Below are positions 48,885-58,730 of a stretch of DNA of 64,000 nt, one piece after another (position 1 is the first letter of the stretch; each line of letters opens with the position of its first letter). Under the pieces are notes generated by a model that saw only the letters and a list, made by a program, of their open reading frames with translations, made no database searches and was not told the DNA's origin. The DNA is from Candidatus Doudnabacteria bacterium (GTDB lineage Bacteria > Patescibacteriota > Doudnabacteria > UBA920 > O2-02-FULL-48-8). The stretch covers positions 179,822 through 243,821 of the forward strand of contig JBBCGO010000001.1 in the NCBI GenBank assembly GCA_037200925.1, in the 5' to 3' direction. Position numbers and translations under genes: made by a program.

Positions 48885-49262
48885 ATGCAACAGCTTACTC
48901 CTTCGCCCCAGCTTTACGGGCGCATTAAAAATCAAATCGAGCTAGAGCAAACCCTTCTGGTGCTAAAAAGAAGGCTGCTTTTATATGGCTTGGGGTTTGC
49001 AATCTCTCTGGCGATTTTTGTAATGGCCTTTAAGAATTTCTTTGTCCAGGCCGATCAGACAGGTTTTTTGCAGCTCTTAAAACTGACCTCTACAGATTTT
49101 ACCCTGCTGTCTTCTCATATGTCCGACTATCTGCTTTCTTTGGCCGAAGCCTTGCCCGCGCTCAGCATGGTTTTGGTCGGAGCTGTATTTTTATTCATAT
49201 TGCTGACCGGCATAAAATTGTTTACTTCGCTGTTTAAAATTAAACACTTGAACGCGAGATAA
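48885..49262 (+). CDS. Putative membrane anti-sigma factor
   Basis: 125 aa, TM helices, directly downstream of the ECF sigma gene. Confidence 0.45.
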   Translation: MQQLTPSPQLYGRIKNQIELEQTLLVLKRRLLLYGLGFAISLAIFVMAFKNFFVQADQTGFLQLLKLTSTDFTLLSSHMSDYLLSLAEALPALSMVLVGAVFLFILLTGIKLFTSLFKIKHLNAR

Positions 49263-49265
49263 GAT

Positions 49266-49721
49266 ATGACTTTTGAAGAATTCCTGAAATCTAAAAATTT
49301 TAAAACGGGCTTTGCCGCGGTTGTTGCCCTGATCATTTTAATTATAGTTTTCGCATCCGGTATGTTTGTCGGGCTGGAGAAAGCACGCTTTTCATATAAC
49401 TGGGGCACCAATTATTACCCTAATTTTGCAGGCCGGCCGGGTCCCGGCGGGCCCTTTCACTTGGACCGCGATTTCATGAATGCCCACGGTCCGGACGGCC
49501 AGATCATAAAAATTGACGGCAATACGATCACGATCAAAGGCAGGAACGGTGTTGAACAGAATATTATTGTTGACGCGCAAACCGCGATAAAGAACAATCA
49601 GGCGAATCTGAAGATCACGGATCTGAAAGTTAATGACAACATAGTCGTGATAGGCTCTCCCGATGATGAAGGCCAGGTTTTGGCCAAGCTGATCCGGGTC
49701 ATGCCCCAGGCTCCTATGTAA
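49266..49721 (+). CDS. Small membrane-anchored beta-rich protein, paralog A
   Basis: N-terminal TM, then IIKIDGNTITIKG...NIVVIGSPDDEGQVLAKLIRV; similar to 53408..53851. Confidence 0.5.
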   Translation: MTFEEFLKSKNFKTGFAAVVALIILIIVFASGMFVGLEKARFSYNWGTNYYPNFAGRPGPGGPFHLDRDFMNAHGPDGQIIKIDGNTITIKGRNGVEQNIIVDAQTAIKNNQANLKITDLKVNDNIVVIGSPDDEGQVLAKLIRVMPQAPM

Positions 49722-49725
49722 ACCA

Positions 49726-51435
49726 ATGACATTTATTCAAAAATTCCTAACTTATATAAAAGCTCATAAAGTCATCACGGTCATTGTCCTGGTCGTGGCG
49801 GCTTTTGGCGGATACCAGTGGTATAAAAAAGCGCATGCTTCCGCAGGTTCGGTCCAGTACATTACCAAAGCCGCGGCGAAAACGACGATCTCCGTATCCG
49901 TCTCCGGCACAGGCCAGGTTTCGGCTCAAAACAGGATCGACCTTAAACCCGGCGGGTCCGGCCAGGTCGCAGCCGAGCTCGTCACGGTCAATGTCAAGCA
50001 AGGCGACCAGGTCAAGGCCGGCCAGGTTATCGCCACTGTGGATCAAAAAAATAATTCAGTCGCTCTGATCCAGGCCAAAGCATCATTGCAAAGCGCGCAG
50101 GCGAATTACGATAAATTGATATCAGGGCTGACTTCTACGGATATGCAAACTGCCCAGCTCGCGGTAACTACGGCACAGCAGGCCTTAGACAAGGCGAACA
50201 GAGATTATGCGAATACCGTCACCACCCAGCAGCAAAACGTGGATAAAGCCTATAGCGCCCTGCTGAATTCCGATCTGCAGCCGGATCCGTCTGATGCCAA
50301 CACCACTGCGGCAGTGACGATCACCGGGAATTATACGGCGAAAGACCCGAGCCAAATAACCGTGAGCTTATCTGAAGTTCCCGCCGGGATGCGTTATCAA
50401 AGCACCGGACTTTCTGGCGACGGTGATCTGATAACGCGGGGCGTTGCCCAGCCGATAGGAGACGGGCTGTTCATTACGTTTGATGCAAGCGGCACCCTGA
50501 ATGCTTCCACGGTTTGGACAATTGATATTCCGAACACAAAATCGTCCGGTTACCTGAACAATAATTTTGCTTATAACTCCGCGCTTCAAAATCAAACTCA
50601 AGCCCTGGCATCCGCCCAGGATACGATCAATTCGGCGCAAAATTCCCTGACCCAGGCCCAGCTGTCCCTGCAATCAAAAACAGCTCCCCCGACCTCGGCT
50701 GATGTAGCGTCGGCCAAAGCCCAGATCGCGCAAGCTCAAGCACAGCTGCAGAACGCGGATGTAAATTACAGCAACAACATCATTAAATCCCCGTTCGACG
50801 GCCAAGTCGCACAATTAAATAACCAGCCGGGCGACCAGGTCACCTCAAGTACGATCATTGCCACGGTCATCACCAACCAAAAACTGGCTGTCATGCCACT
50901 GAACGAAGTCGATGCCGCTAAAGTCTCGGTGGGACAGAAAGTTAACCTGACCTTTGACGCGCTCGACAGTCTGAATGTTGTCGGCACCGTCGCGCAGGTG
51001 GATACTCTCGGCACGGTAAGCCAGGGGGTTGTTACTTATAACGTAAAAATCGGCTTTGATTCTCAGGATGCCCGGATCAAACCCGGCATGAGCGTCACCG
51101 CCGCTATTATTACGGATGTCAAAACTGACATCGTGGCAGTGCCCAGTTCCGCCGTAAAATCAGATTCCAACGGCGATTACGTCCAAGTCCTGAACTCCAA
51201 AGGCGAACCGGAAAATAAAACCGTACAAGTCGGGATCTCCAATGATACTGACACGGAGATCACAAGCGGTTTGAACGAAGGCGACATGGTCGTCACACAA
51301 ACCATCAACTCCGCGGCCAAAACCACAACCGCGACAACCAGGGCCGGCGGCGGGATCATCCCGGGTCTGGGAGGCGGGGGCGGCGCGGTCAGAGGCGCCT
51401 TTACAGGCGGGGGCGGCGGCGGAGGCGGCCGATGA
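49726..51435 (+). CDS. Efflux periplasmic adaptor (HlyD/MacA-like) with long low-complexity linker and Gly-rich tail
   Basis: 569 aa; paralog of 31621..33117; ends [20 protein letters not shown]. Confidence 0.75.
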   Translation: MTFIQKFLTYIKAHKVITVIVLVVAAFGGYQWYKKAHASAGSVQYITKAAAKTTISVSVSGTGQVSAQNRIDLKPGGSGQVAAELVTVNVKQGDQVKAGQVIATVDQKNNSVALIQAKASLQSAQANYDKLISGLTSTDMQTAQLAVTTAQQALDKANRDYANTVTTQQQNVDKAYSALLNSDLQPDPSDANTTAAVTITGNYTAKDPSQITVSLSEVPAGMRYQSTGLSGDGDLITRGVAQPIGDGLFITFDASGTLNASTVWTIDIPNTKSSGYLNNNFAYNSALQNQTQALASAQDTINSAQNSLTQAQLSLQSKTAPPTSADVASAKAQIAQAQAQLQNADVNYSNNIIKSPFDGQVAQLNNQPGDQVTSSTIIATVITNQKLAVMPLNEVDAAKVSVGQKVNLTFDALDSLNVVGTVAQVDTLGTVSQGVVTYNVKIGFDSQDARIKPGMSVTAAIITDVKTDIVAVPSSAVKSDSNGDYVQVLNSKGEPENKTVQVGISNDTDTEITSGLNEGDMVVTQTINSAAKTTTATTRAGGGIIPGLGGGGGAVRGAFTGGGGGGGGR

Positions 51436-52151
51436 TCGAATGCCATCATATCAATAAATCCTATTTCAACGGCGATGTCGAGACTAAAGTTTTAAAAGAC
51501 GTAACCTTCACGATCAAAGACGGCGAATTCGTGGCGATCATGGGCCCGTCGGGATCCGGCAAATCCACTCTGATGCACATCATTGGAGCGCTGGATACGC
51601 CCACGCACGGAAAATATATCCTGGACGGCAAGGACGTCTCGACTCTGTCTGACGACGAACTGGCCGCCATCCGCCGGCAAAAAATAGGTTTTGTATTCCA
51701 GTCGTTCAACCTGCTTCCCCGCGCCACCGTGCTCCGCAATGTGGCTCTGCCTTTGGTTTACGCCGAGATCGATAAAACGAACCGCGATGAACTGGCCAAA
51801 AAAGCCTCTTTACAGGCGGGTCTGGATGAATCGCGGTTTTATCATTTATCAAACCAGCTCTCCGGCGGACAGATGCAAAGGGTGGCCATTGCAAGGGCTC
51901 TTGTAAATAACCCTTCGCTTCTTCTGGCCGATGAACCGACGGGCAATTTGGATACCAAGACCGGCGACATCGTGCTTCACACATTTCAAAAGTTGAACGA
52001 GCAAGGCCATACGATCGTACTGATTACTCACGAACCTTACGTGGCCGAACACGCATCACGCATCATTCATATCCGTGACGGCGAGATTTTGAAAGACGAA
52101 ACTAATCTGAACCGCAGAATAGTAGATACCAACAAGATCCATGAAGACTAG
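51432..52151 (+). CDS. ABC transporter ATP-binding protein (MacB/LolD-type)
   Basis: [35 protein letters not shown]. Confidence 0.9.
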   Translation: MIECHHINKSYFNGDVETKVLKDVTFTIKDGEFVAIMGPSGSGKSTLMHIIGALDTPTHGKYILDGKDVSTLSDDELAAIRRQKIGFVFQSFNLLPRATVLRNVALPLVYAEIDKTNRDELAKKASLQAGLDESRFYHLSNQLSGGQMQRVAIARALVNNPSLLLADEPTGNLDTKTGDIVLHTFQKLNEQGHTIVLITHEPYVAEHASRIIHIRDGEILKDETNLNRRIVDTNKIHED

Positions 52152-53379
52152 AGATCTATTTGATGAAAGCTACAGCGCCTTGACGGTCAACAAGGTCAGG
52201 TCCAGCCTGACCATGCTTGGAATTATTATCGGCATCGGCTCCGTGATAGCGTTGATCTCAATCGGCCAAGGTGCCGCGGGGTCGATCCAGGCCAACATCC
52301 AGTCCATCGGCTCAAATCTGATCATAGTCACGCCGGGCGCTCCCAGAGGAGCAGGAGCCGCCGTATCCACTGGCCGCGGCAGCGCCGAGACCCTGACCAT
52401 GGATGACGAACTCTATCTGCAGAGCAACCTGACTGATGCTAAAGCCGTGGAACCGGAACTGTCGAAACGCTACCAGGTAACGGCCAAAGGCACCAATACC
52501 AATACCCAGGTCGTCGGCACCAGCAGCAATTATACTACTGTGCGAAATGTGAATATTGATGGCGGGTCATTTATTACTGACCAACAAGTTACAAATTTGG
52601 CCAAAGTCGCGGTCTTGGGTCCCACGACCCGGGACGATCTGTTCGGCGTTGGAGCTGATGCCGTGGGCCAGACCATCCGGATAAATTCCGTTGTTTTCAA
52701 TGTCATCGGAGTTACCGCAAGCAAGGGCGGCAGCGGATTTTTTAACCAGGATGATATTATTTTCATTCCGATATCAGTTGCCCAGCATTACCTGGTCGGG
52801 CCCAATGCGGACGGAAAAGATTATGTCACTACCATTGGTATCTCGGCTCAGAGCCCTGACGTCATGACCACGGTACAGCAGGAAACAACTGACGATTTGC
52901 TTTCCCTCCACCAGATCGGCAATCCGGCCCAGGCTGATTTCCAGGTCCAGAACCAGGCTGACATTGTCTCGGCCGCATCCTCGGTCACCGGCACGTTTAC
53001 GATCCTTTTAGCTTCCATTGCCGGCATTTCCCTGGTTGTCGGCGGCATCGGCATCATGAACATGATGCTGACGACCGTGACTGAGCGGACGCGGGAGATC
53101 GGCCTGCGCAAAGCAATCGGCGCAACCCGTCAGGATATCAATCTGCAATTCCTGATGGAAGCGATCATGCTGACTTTTTTGGGCGGTTTGATCGGCGTGG
53201 TCGCCGGCTGGCTGGCCTCGATCGCTGCGACCCACTTTGCCGGCATCCCCTCCAAGATCACCTCGTCATCGGTTCTGCTGGCTTTCGGCGTCTCGGCTGC
53301 AATTGGCGTGGTCTTCGGCTACTACCCGGCGCAAAAAGCTTCAAAGCTGAACCCAATTGAAGCTTTAAGATTTGAATAA
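52141..53379 (+). CDS. ABC transporter permease, MacB/FtsX family
   Basis: 412 aa; paralog of 29701..30933. Confidence 0.85.
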   Translation: MKTRDLFDESYSALTVNKVRSSLTMLGIIIGIGSVIALISIGQGAAGSIQANIQSIGSNLIIVTPGAPRGAGAAVSTGRGSAETLTMDDELYLQSNLTDAKAVEPELSKRYQVTAKGTNTNTQVVGTSSNYTTVRNVNIDGGSFITDQQVTNLAKVAVLGPTTRDDLFGVGADAVGQTIRINSVVFNVIGVTASKGGSGFFNQDDIIFIPISVAQHYLVGPNADGKDYVTTIGISAQSPDVMTTVQQETTDDLLSLHQIGNPAQADFQVQNQADIVSAASSVTGTFTILLASIAGISLVVGGIGIMNMMLTTVTERTREIGLRKAIGATRQDINLQFLMEAIMLTFLGGLIGVVAGWLASIAATHFAGIPSKITSSSVLLAFGVSAAIGVVFGYYPAQKASKLNPIEALRFE

Positions 53380-53407
53380 TTAACTAGTCAATAATTAAAT
53401 AAATTTT

Positions 53408-53851
53408 ATGGACAAAAAACATACTATTACTGTGGTCGCGGTCGCAATCGTGTTCGCAGCAGGAGGATTTTTTGGAGGAATGAAGTATGCTCAAGGTAAA
53501 ACGGCGCAAATGCGCCAACAGCGCGTTGCCGGAGCCGGGTTTGGGGCAGGCGGTGGAGCCCGGGGTGCGCGGGGCGGAGCCGGCGGAACGGCAGGCGGAG
53601 GATTTACGGGCGGTCAGATAGTTTCCAAAGATGACAAAAGCATCACTATAAAGACCATGGACGGCGGGTCAAAGATCGTTTTCCTGGGAGCTTCAACCCA
53701 GATCGCCAAATCAGCTTCCGGCACGCCGGATGATCTGACCCAGGGCGAAAACGTGGTTGTCACAGGCACAGCCAACTCCGACGGAAGCCTCACCGCTCAG
53801 ATGATCCAGATCCGGCCGGCAATGACAACTCAACCGGCACCGGCTCAGTAA
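53408..53851 (+). CDS. Small membrane-anchored beta-rich protein, paralog B
   Basis: TM, Gly/Ala/Arg-rich spacer, then QIVSKDDKSITIKTMDG...NVVVTGTANSDGSLTAQMIQI, aligning with paralog A. Confidence 0.5.
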   Translation: MDKKHTITVVAVAIVFAAGGFFGGMKYAQGKTAQMRQQRVAGAGFGAGGGARGARGGAGGTAGGGFTGGQIVSKDDKSITIKTMDGGSKIVFLGASTQIAKSASGTPDDLTQGENVVVTGTANSDGSLTAQMIQIRPAMTTQPAPAQ

Positions 53852-53916
53852 ATTATTATAAGAAAAAACGCCAATGAAAATTGGCGTTTTTTCAATATCT
53901 GACCAAATCCCTAAAT

Positions 53917-54369
53917 TTATTCACCTCCTAATTTCTCAATCATCTCAAACTCTTCCTTCGTCACCGGCTGGACCGAGAGGCGCGGGATTTTCAGCAGTAT
54001 CATATCCTTAAGTCTTTTATTTGCCTTGATCTGCCCCAAAGTGACCAAGCGTTTGAACTTGCCGACAAATGCAACTTTCGGCGCTATCCATGGATTTTTT
54101 TCTTTGCTTGCTTTCGGATCATAGTAATCGTCATTTTTATCCAAAGCCGTGATGTCCGGTAAATTCGGCTCTAAAATCTTGCCGGTTCCAACAACGCCTT
54201 TCTGATCGCCCGAATGATAAAACAAAAACAAATCGCCGGACTTCATCTCGTCCCGCATGATGTTCCGGGCACGGTAATTCCGAATGCTGTTCCAGGTCGT
54301 TGTTTTGTCCCGCAACAGATCCTCGATCGAATAGCTCTCAGGCTCAGATTTCATTAACCAATAGTTCAT
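53917..54369 (-). CDS. EVE (PUA-like) domain protein
   Basis: MNYWLMKSEPESYSIEDL...LFLFYHSG...VVG is the canonical EVE start. Confidence 0.8.
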   Translation of the reverse strand: MNYWLMKSEPESYSIEDLLRDKTTTWNSIRNYRARNIMRDEMKSGDLFLFYHSGDQKGVVGTGKILEPNLPDITALDKNDDYYDPKASKEKNPWIAPKVAFVGKFKRLVTLGQIKANKRLKDMILLKIPRLSVQPVTKEEFEMIEKLGGE

Positions 54370-54432
54370 ATTTAGATGATAACAGTTTTAAGCTTGCTTT
54401 TTCAAGGCAATTTGATTAAGATTTATTAGCTT

Positions 54433-55041
54433 ATGTCCATACTCCCGAAATCAATTCAAAATCTTATCAACGAATTTTCCAAACTTCCCGGCATCGGGCC
54501 GAAGACCGCTTCGCGCCTGACTTTTTATTTGCTGAAAAATCCGAACATGGATCTGCAAAGTTTTGCCCAGGCCGTAGCCAATCTGCAAAAAGATATAATC
54601 TTCTGCTCGATATGTTTTAACATGACCGAGTCTGACCCGTGCAAGATCTGCATCGACAACAAGCGCGATCAAAACCTTATCTGCGTCGTGGAAGACGCGC
54701 TTGATGTCGTGGCCATGGATCAGATTTCCGACTTCAACGGGGTGTATCATGTGCTGGGCGGAGTTATTTCTCCGCTTGACGGAGTAGGGCCTGATGATCT
54801 TAAGATCGGGGAACTGCTCAAGCGGTTATCAGAACCCGGCGAAAAAGAAATTATCCTGGCCACCAATCCATCAATGGAAGGCGAAGCGACTGCCATGTAC
54901 CTGGCCAAACAGCTGAAACAGCCCCAATTTGCGCAAATAAAAGTAACCAGACTGGCCCGGGGTCTTCCGTCCGGCGCAGACCTGGAATATGCGGACGAGT
55001 ACACATTAAGCAAAGCCTTAGAAGGCAGAAGGGAGTACTAA
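54433..55041 (+). CDS. recR: Recombination protein RecR
   Basis: HhH (LPGIGPKTASRL), C4 zinc finger (CSICFNMTESDPCKIC), Toprim domain. Confidence 0.9.
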   Translation: MSILPKSIQNLINEFSKLPGIGPKTASRLTFYLLKNPNMDLQSFAQAVANLQKDIIFCSICFNMTESDPCKICIDNKRDQNLICVVEDALDVVAMDQISDFNGVYHVLGGVISPLDGVGPDDLKIGELLKRLSEPGEKEIILATNPSMEGEATAMYLAKQLKQPQFAQIKVTRLARGLPSGADLEYADEYTLSKALEGRREY

Positions 55042-55586
55042 TGCCGGAAAATGAAAATCGTTTTGAAGAAGAGCCGGAAATAACCGAACTTCAAAAAATT
55101 GAATCGGAGGCTGCAAGGATAGAACAAGAGCTGAAACAGCATATATCTGCTGAGCAAGCCGCAGAAATTACACGGAAGTTCTTTGAGGCTGCCTTTGGAA
55201 TCAATGAGATAAATCGCCAAATTTTGGCTGATCCGTTAGTTATTAAAAACTACATACGAGACGGGAATAAATTAAGAAAACGAAGTAATCCGGAAGCTTT
55301 CTCAACTCTGCCGGACGCAAGCTTTCTGTTGAAAGCATATGTTACCGCCGATTACCCGGACAACACGGCAGCATTCTTAAAATGGTTGGACTTTCAAAAA
55401 GAGCTGGCTGAAGATAGGCTGATAAAACTGCGATCTGAGGGAGACATCGCTATAGTCAGCAGGGACATGGTCAAAGAAACTGTAGAGTTCCGCGAAGAGC
55501 TGAAAAAAAATGAAATAGAAAAATATTTTGACCAACTCATGAAAGAGGAAAAAGACGAAAATGATGATGATAAGTCAAGATCCTAA
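55041..55586 (+). CDS. Hypothetical acidic protein (181 aa), translationally coupled to recR
   Basis: TAATG stop/start overlap; helical, E/K-rich; no family recognised. Confidence 0.45.
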   Translation: MPENENRFEEEPEITELQKIESEAARIEQELKQHISAEQAAEITRKFFEAAFGINEINRQILADPLVIKNYIRDGNKLRKRSNPEAFSTLPDASFLLKAYVTADYPDNTAAFLKWLDFQKELAEDRLIKLRSEGDIAIVSRDMVKETVEFREELKKNEIEKYFDQLMKEEKDENDDDKSRS

Positions 55587-55903
55587 AGGCACCTGAATTA
55601 AATTATTTTCACTCCCCGCCCAAGCTTCAGGCTGTAGCGGGGATTTTATTTAAAAGAAAAAGCTCCAAATTACAGGAGCTTTGTAAGCCAGATTTTTAGC
55701 CAGAGTGTCAGTCTGTACAAGTACGCGTACTTGAGAATATCTAACAGTAAGTACGTCAAAATGATTATTCTCAAGGTCCGCTTACTTGCAAACAGAGACA
55801 ATTTGTGAGTAGTCAACCAGGTGCGGACCCCGGTTTCAAAACTAAGGAAGGAATTCCTGAACCGCAGTATCACGAATTTCCTCCTCGCAACATAGGACGA
55901 GAG

Positions 55904-56134
55904 TTACTTCACACCGTGGATATCACGCGCATAATGCGCCCGGCAATCGACTTCGGCGAGCCGCCCTGCCGCGTGTTTGGCCGCCTCGGTCAAAATGGCA
56001 CGGGCTTCAGCGTCAGTGCGGGAGTATAGGACCTGCGGGTCGTGTCCGTGTTCGACCAGAAACGCCTCAATCAAGGAACGCTCAAGCACAGCGCTCGGGT
56101 GTTCAAGCGGCCGGACATCGGGATCAATTTTCAC
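55904..56134 (-). CDS. Hypothetical small protein (76 aa), GC-rich, strong SD
   Basis: AAGGAGG-TTTT-GTG start; GC ~58%; lies between the rplU terminator and a palindrome-rich 218-bp region. Confidence 0.5.
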   Translation of the reverse strand: MKIDPDVRPLEHPSAVLERSLIEAFLVEHGHDPQVLYSRTDAEARAILTEAAKHAAGRLAEVDCRAHYARDIHGVK

Positions 56135-56167
56135 AAAACCTCCTTAAGAATCCTGAACAGAGAGCCT

Positions 56168-56204
56168 ACAAACAAAAAGAAACCGCAAAAACTATTGCGC
56201 GGTT
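56168..56204 (-). terminator. Rho-independent terminator after rplU
   Basis: Minus strand aaaccgc-gcaatagttttt-gcggttt followed by ctttttgtttg. Confidence 0.6.
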
Positions 56205-56215
56205 TTTTCTTGTTT

Positions 56216-56524
56216 CTAAGCTATAGATTCTATCTCAACCACTGTTTCCGCCTGCCGGTGTCCTTGTTTCCTGCGGTAGCGGGATTTGGCGCGGTATTTG
56301 AAAACCACTAATTTTTCGCCGCGGCCCTGTGACAAAACCTTGCCTGTGACTTTGGCGCCTGAAAGGTATGGCTTGCCCAAATTTACATTTGAATCATCCG
56401 CGACCAGCAAAACTTTATCAAAACTCACAGTGTCGCCCTGCTGAACATCGAGTTTTTCAATTGTTACGCGGTCTTTCGGCGCAACCAGGTACTGCTTGCC
56501 GCCTGTTTCTATTACTGCTTGCAT
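56216..56524 (-). CDS. rplU: 50S ribosomal protein L21
   Basis: AVIETGGKQY...GHRQ motifs; ~103 aa. Confidence 0.9.
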   Translation of the reverse strand: MQAVIETGGKQYLVAPKDRVTIEKLDVQQGDTVSFDKVLLVADDSNVNLGKPYLSGAKVTGKVLSQGRGEKLVVFKYRAKSRYRRKQGHRQAETVVEIESIA

Positions 56525-56587
56525 AAAATTCATTAATCACTACATGTTAATTTAGCAAAAATTGTTAAATCGGTCAAGCATTCCCTT

Positions 56588-58198
56588 CTACGGCCCGACT
56601 TCCCTGATGATCGGGGTCTTGCCTGTGGAGGAATTGACAATGATGTTCGGGGCTGAGCCTGAGAAGCTTTTGGCTGAAGAATCAGTGTAATGGATGGTAA
56701 AGGTATTGGTCACCACTTCCTGGATATCGGCGGATGCGGTGCTGACATTGGCATCATAGGTAATGATCCAGTTATTGGTCACATCCTTGTTGCCTGAGAT
56801 GTTAAACAGGTAATTACCGGAGCAGGTAGGGCTGTTGGCTGTCAGTCCCCCATTAACAGAGCCCGGGCCTGTAACCGTCAGGTTCCTAAGATTGGTCAGG
56901 TTGGAAGAGACAGTGTCGCAGATGTAGTTGACCGTGGCTGCAGAAGGGCCGGAATTGACCAGGGTGATCTGGTAGGTCAGGGTATCCCCGTTATTGACTG
57001 AAGTGCTGGGACTATAGGGGTTGCCGTTGACCTTACTGACAAACTTCGTTGTATTGGCAAAGTTGGCAGAACAGACAACGTTCATGATGCTCTTCTCGTT
57101 TGACTGGCTGTTGCCCCCGGCATTGAAGGCCTGGACCACATAGAAATAGGTCACTCCGGTGGAAGGAGGGGTATCCAGGTAAGTGCCAAAGGTGCCTGTG
57201 CCGCTCTGGGCAGGCAGGTTGCCTGAGATATTGGCATACCCTGAGCCTGATGTGGTTGATCGCAGGACTATGAAGCCGGTTTCATTGCCGGAGTTATCAG
57301 TCCAGGTTACTTTCAGCTTAGAACAGGGCACCGAAGCATCGGTATTGATATTATCCACTTTGGTCAGGGTCGGGGCTGTGGGAGCTACTACATATGCTGC
57401 CTGGGAGTAGTAGGTTGCCTGACTATAATAGGTTGCTTGAGAGTAGTATGCTGATTGGGCGTAGTAGGCTGACTGACTATAGTATGCCGATTGACTGTAG
57501 TAGGATGATTGGGAATAGTATGCTGCCTGGGAATAGCACGCAGGAAGACCGCTACAGTTCGAATTGACTGTACAGTTTGTGGTATTGCCGATGGTGCATT
57601 CGCTGCCAGCCGGAATACAACCGCATGACCCGCTCCAGCGATAGTATTGCGGTTCGGAGTATGGAGTCGCATAGTATGACGATTGGGAATAGTAGGAGGA
57701 TTGGGAGTAATAAGAAGCTTGACTATAACAACTAAAAAAACAGGAACTGCTTGCGCTTATGCTCCCATTCCATTGAACTGTGTTAAGTGCGGGAGAAAAA
57801 AATTGAATCGTATCAAAATTAGCATTTCCCGGTACGCCCATGCTATTGGCATAGAATCCGCGATTATTCCACTGATCCACCTGACACCATGTTTGATAGT
57901 CCCCTGTAGTCTCACCAACGTATTCTGCCCAGGCGCAAACCGTAAAATAACCTTGACCTTGAGCCCCGCCGCTGACAGAATAACTCACTGAGCCGCTGCC
58001 CGGATTAATATGATTGGGAAAGCCCGGTTGATAGTAATCAGGGCCACACGTGACAAAACTGCTTCCGGTATTGGAACAAGAGAATGCCTGGGCTTTATGA
58101 AAGTATGCAAAACAGCTTCCTGCCAAAAGAAGCAGAAACAATAATAATATAGATTTATTGTTCGGGTAGGAATCCCGAAGGAAATTCCAAAGACGCAT
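56588..58198 (-). CDS. Secreted/surface protein with tandem YYSQ(S/A) repeats, an FN3-like domain and a DUF11-like C-terminal domain
   Basis: Signal peptide (LLLFLLLLAGSCFAYFHKAQA); about 12 tandem 5-aa YYSQS/YYSQA units encoded by 15-bp repeats; TWTDNSGNETGFIVLRS FN3-like; C-terminal LTYQITLVNSGPSAATVNY. Start at 58198 or 58216. Confidence 0.6.
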   Translation of the reverse strand: MRLWNFLRDSYPNNKSILLLFLLLLAGSCFAYFHKAQAFSCSNTGSSFVTCGPDYYQPGFPNHINPGSGSVSYSVSGGAQGQGYFTVCAWAEYVGETTGDYQTWCQVDQWNNRGFYANSMGVPGNANFDTIQFFSPALNTVQWNGSISASSSCFFSCYSQASYYSQSSYYSQSSYYATPYSEPQYYRWSGSCGCIPAGSECTIGNTTNCTVNSNCSGLPACYSQAAYYSQSSYYSQSAYYSQSAYYAQSAYYSQATYYSQATYYSQAAYVVAPTAPTLTKVDNINTDASVPCSKLKVTWTDNSGNETGFIVLRSTTSGSGYANISGNLPAQSGTGTFGTYLDTPPSTGVTYFYVVQAFNAGGNSQSNEKSIMNVVCSANFANTTKFVSKVNGNPYSPSTSVNNGDTLTYQITLVNSGPSAATVNYICDTVSSNLTNLRNLTVTGPGSVNGGLTANSPTCSGNYLFNISGNKDVTNNWIITYDANVSTASADIQEVVTNTFTIHYTDSSAKSFSGSAPNIIVNSSTGKTPIIREVGP

Positions 58199-58637
58199 AG
58201 TTGATGTCCGTGGCAACTGCCTTATTTGTGTTAAACAGATCTTCTTTGGTTTGGATCTTCATTATTCTGGTTCCGGCTTTCAGGTCCGACATCGAACCTG
58301 CTACAACTTTTGTCTCAGGATAAAACCCGACACCGGATTTTACATCAGCAGGAGCGATCAGTGCGATCTTCTCAATTGTGGTCTGTGGGCTTATGGAGAA
58401 TTGAATGACCCTGCTATCCGTCCGATCATCTCCGGGCTTGGTTGACCGGATCGATCCTTTAACAGTGATCAAACTGCCTTCTACTTTCTGGATATCACCT
58501 GACATCAGATAATCATCAGTTGCGGTGATTGGTGTTTGCTGAACCGCGATTTGTTTTAAACGATCCTTTAAAAATAAAACGAATAACAATAGTACGATAA
58601 GTAAAACTACTAATATTCTCAAAGCTTTTTTATTCAT
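58155..58637 (-). CDS. Hypothetical membrane-anchored protein (160 aa), distant relative of paralogs A/B
   Basis: N-terminal TM; GDIQKVEGSLITVKGSIRST...TRIMKIQTKED resembles the 49266/53408 family. 3' end overlaps the next gene by ~44 nt. Confidence 0.45.
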   Translation of the reverse strand: MNKKALRILVVLLIVLLLFVLFLKDRLKQIAVQQTPITATDDYLMSGDIQKVEGSLITVKGSIRSTKPGDDRTDSRVIQFSISPQTTIEKIALIAPADVKSGVGFYPETKVVAGSMSDLKAGTRIMKIQTKEDLFNTNKAVATDINYASLEFPSGFLPEQ

Positions 58638-58683
58638 ATTCCTTATGCTCTTGTATGGTAGACTATAACATGAAAACCTGTTT

Positions 58684-58719
58684 TAAGACAAAGAAAAAGG
58701 CTGGCTCAAGTTGAGTCAG
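58684..58719 (-). terminator. Rho-independent terminator after the GC-rich lipoprotein gene
   Basis: Minus strand ggctgactcaac-ttgagccagcc followed by tttttctttgtctt. Confidence 0.55.
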
Positions 58720-58730
58720 CCAAAAGCGCA

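Noticed and set aside
55805-56029. 74-aa plus-strand ORF antisense to the 76-aa GC-rich gene
   Set aside because: The minus-strand ORF has a perfect SD plus GTG start. The plus-strand one lacks an RBS and overlaps it completely.
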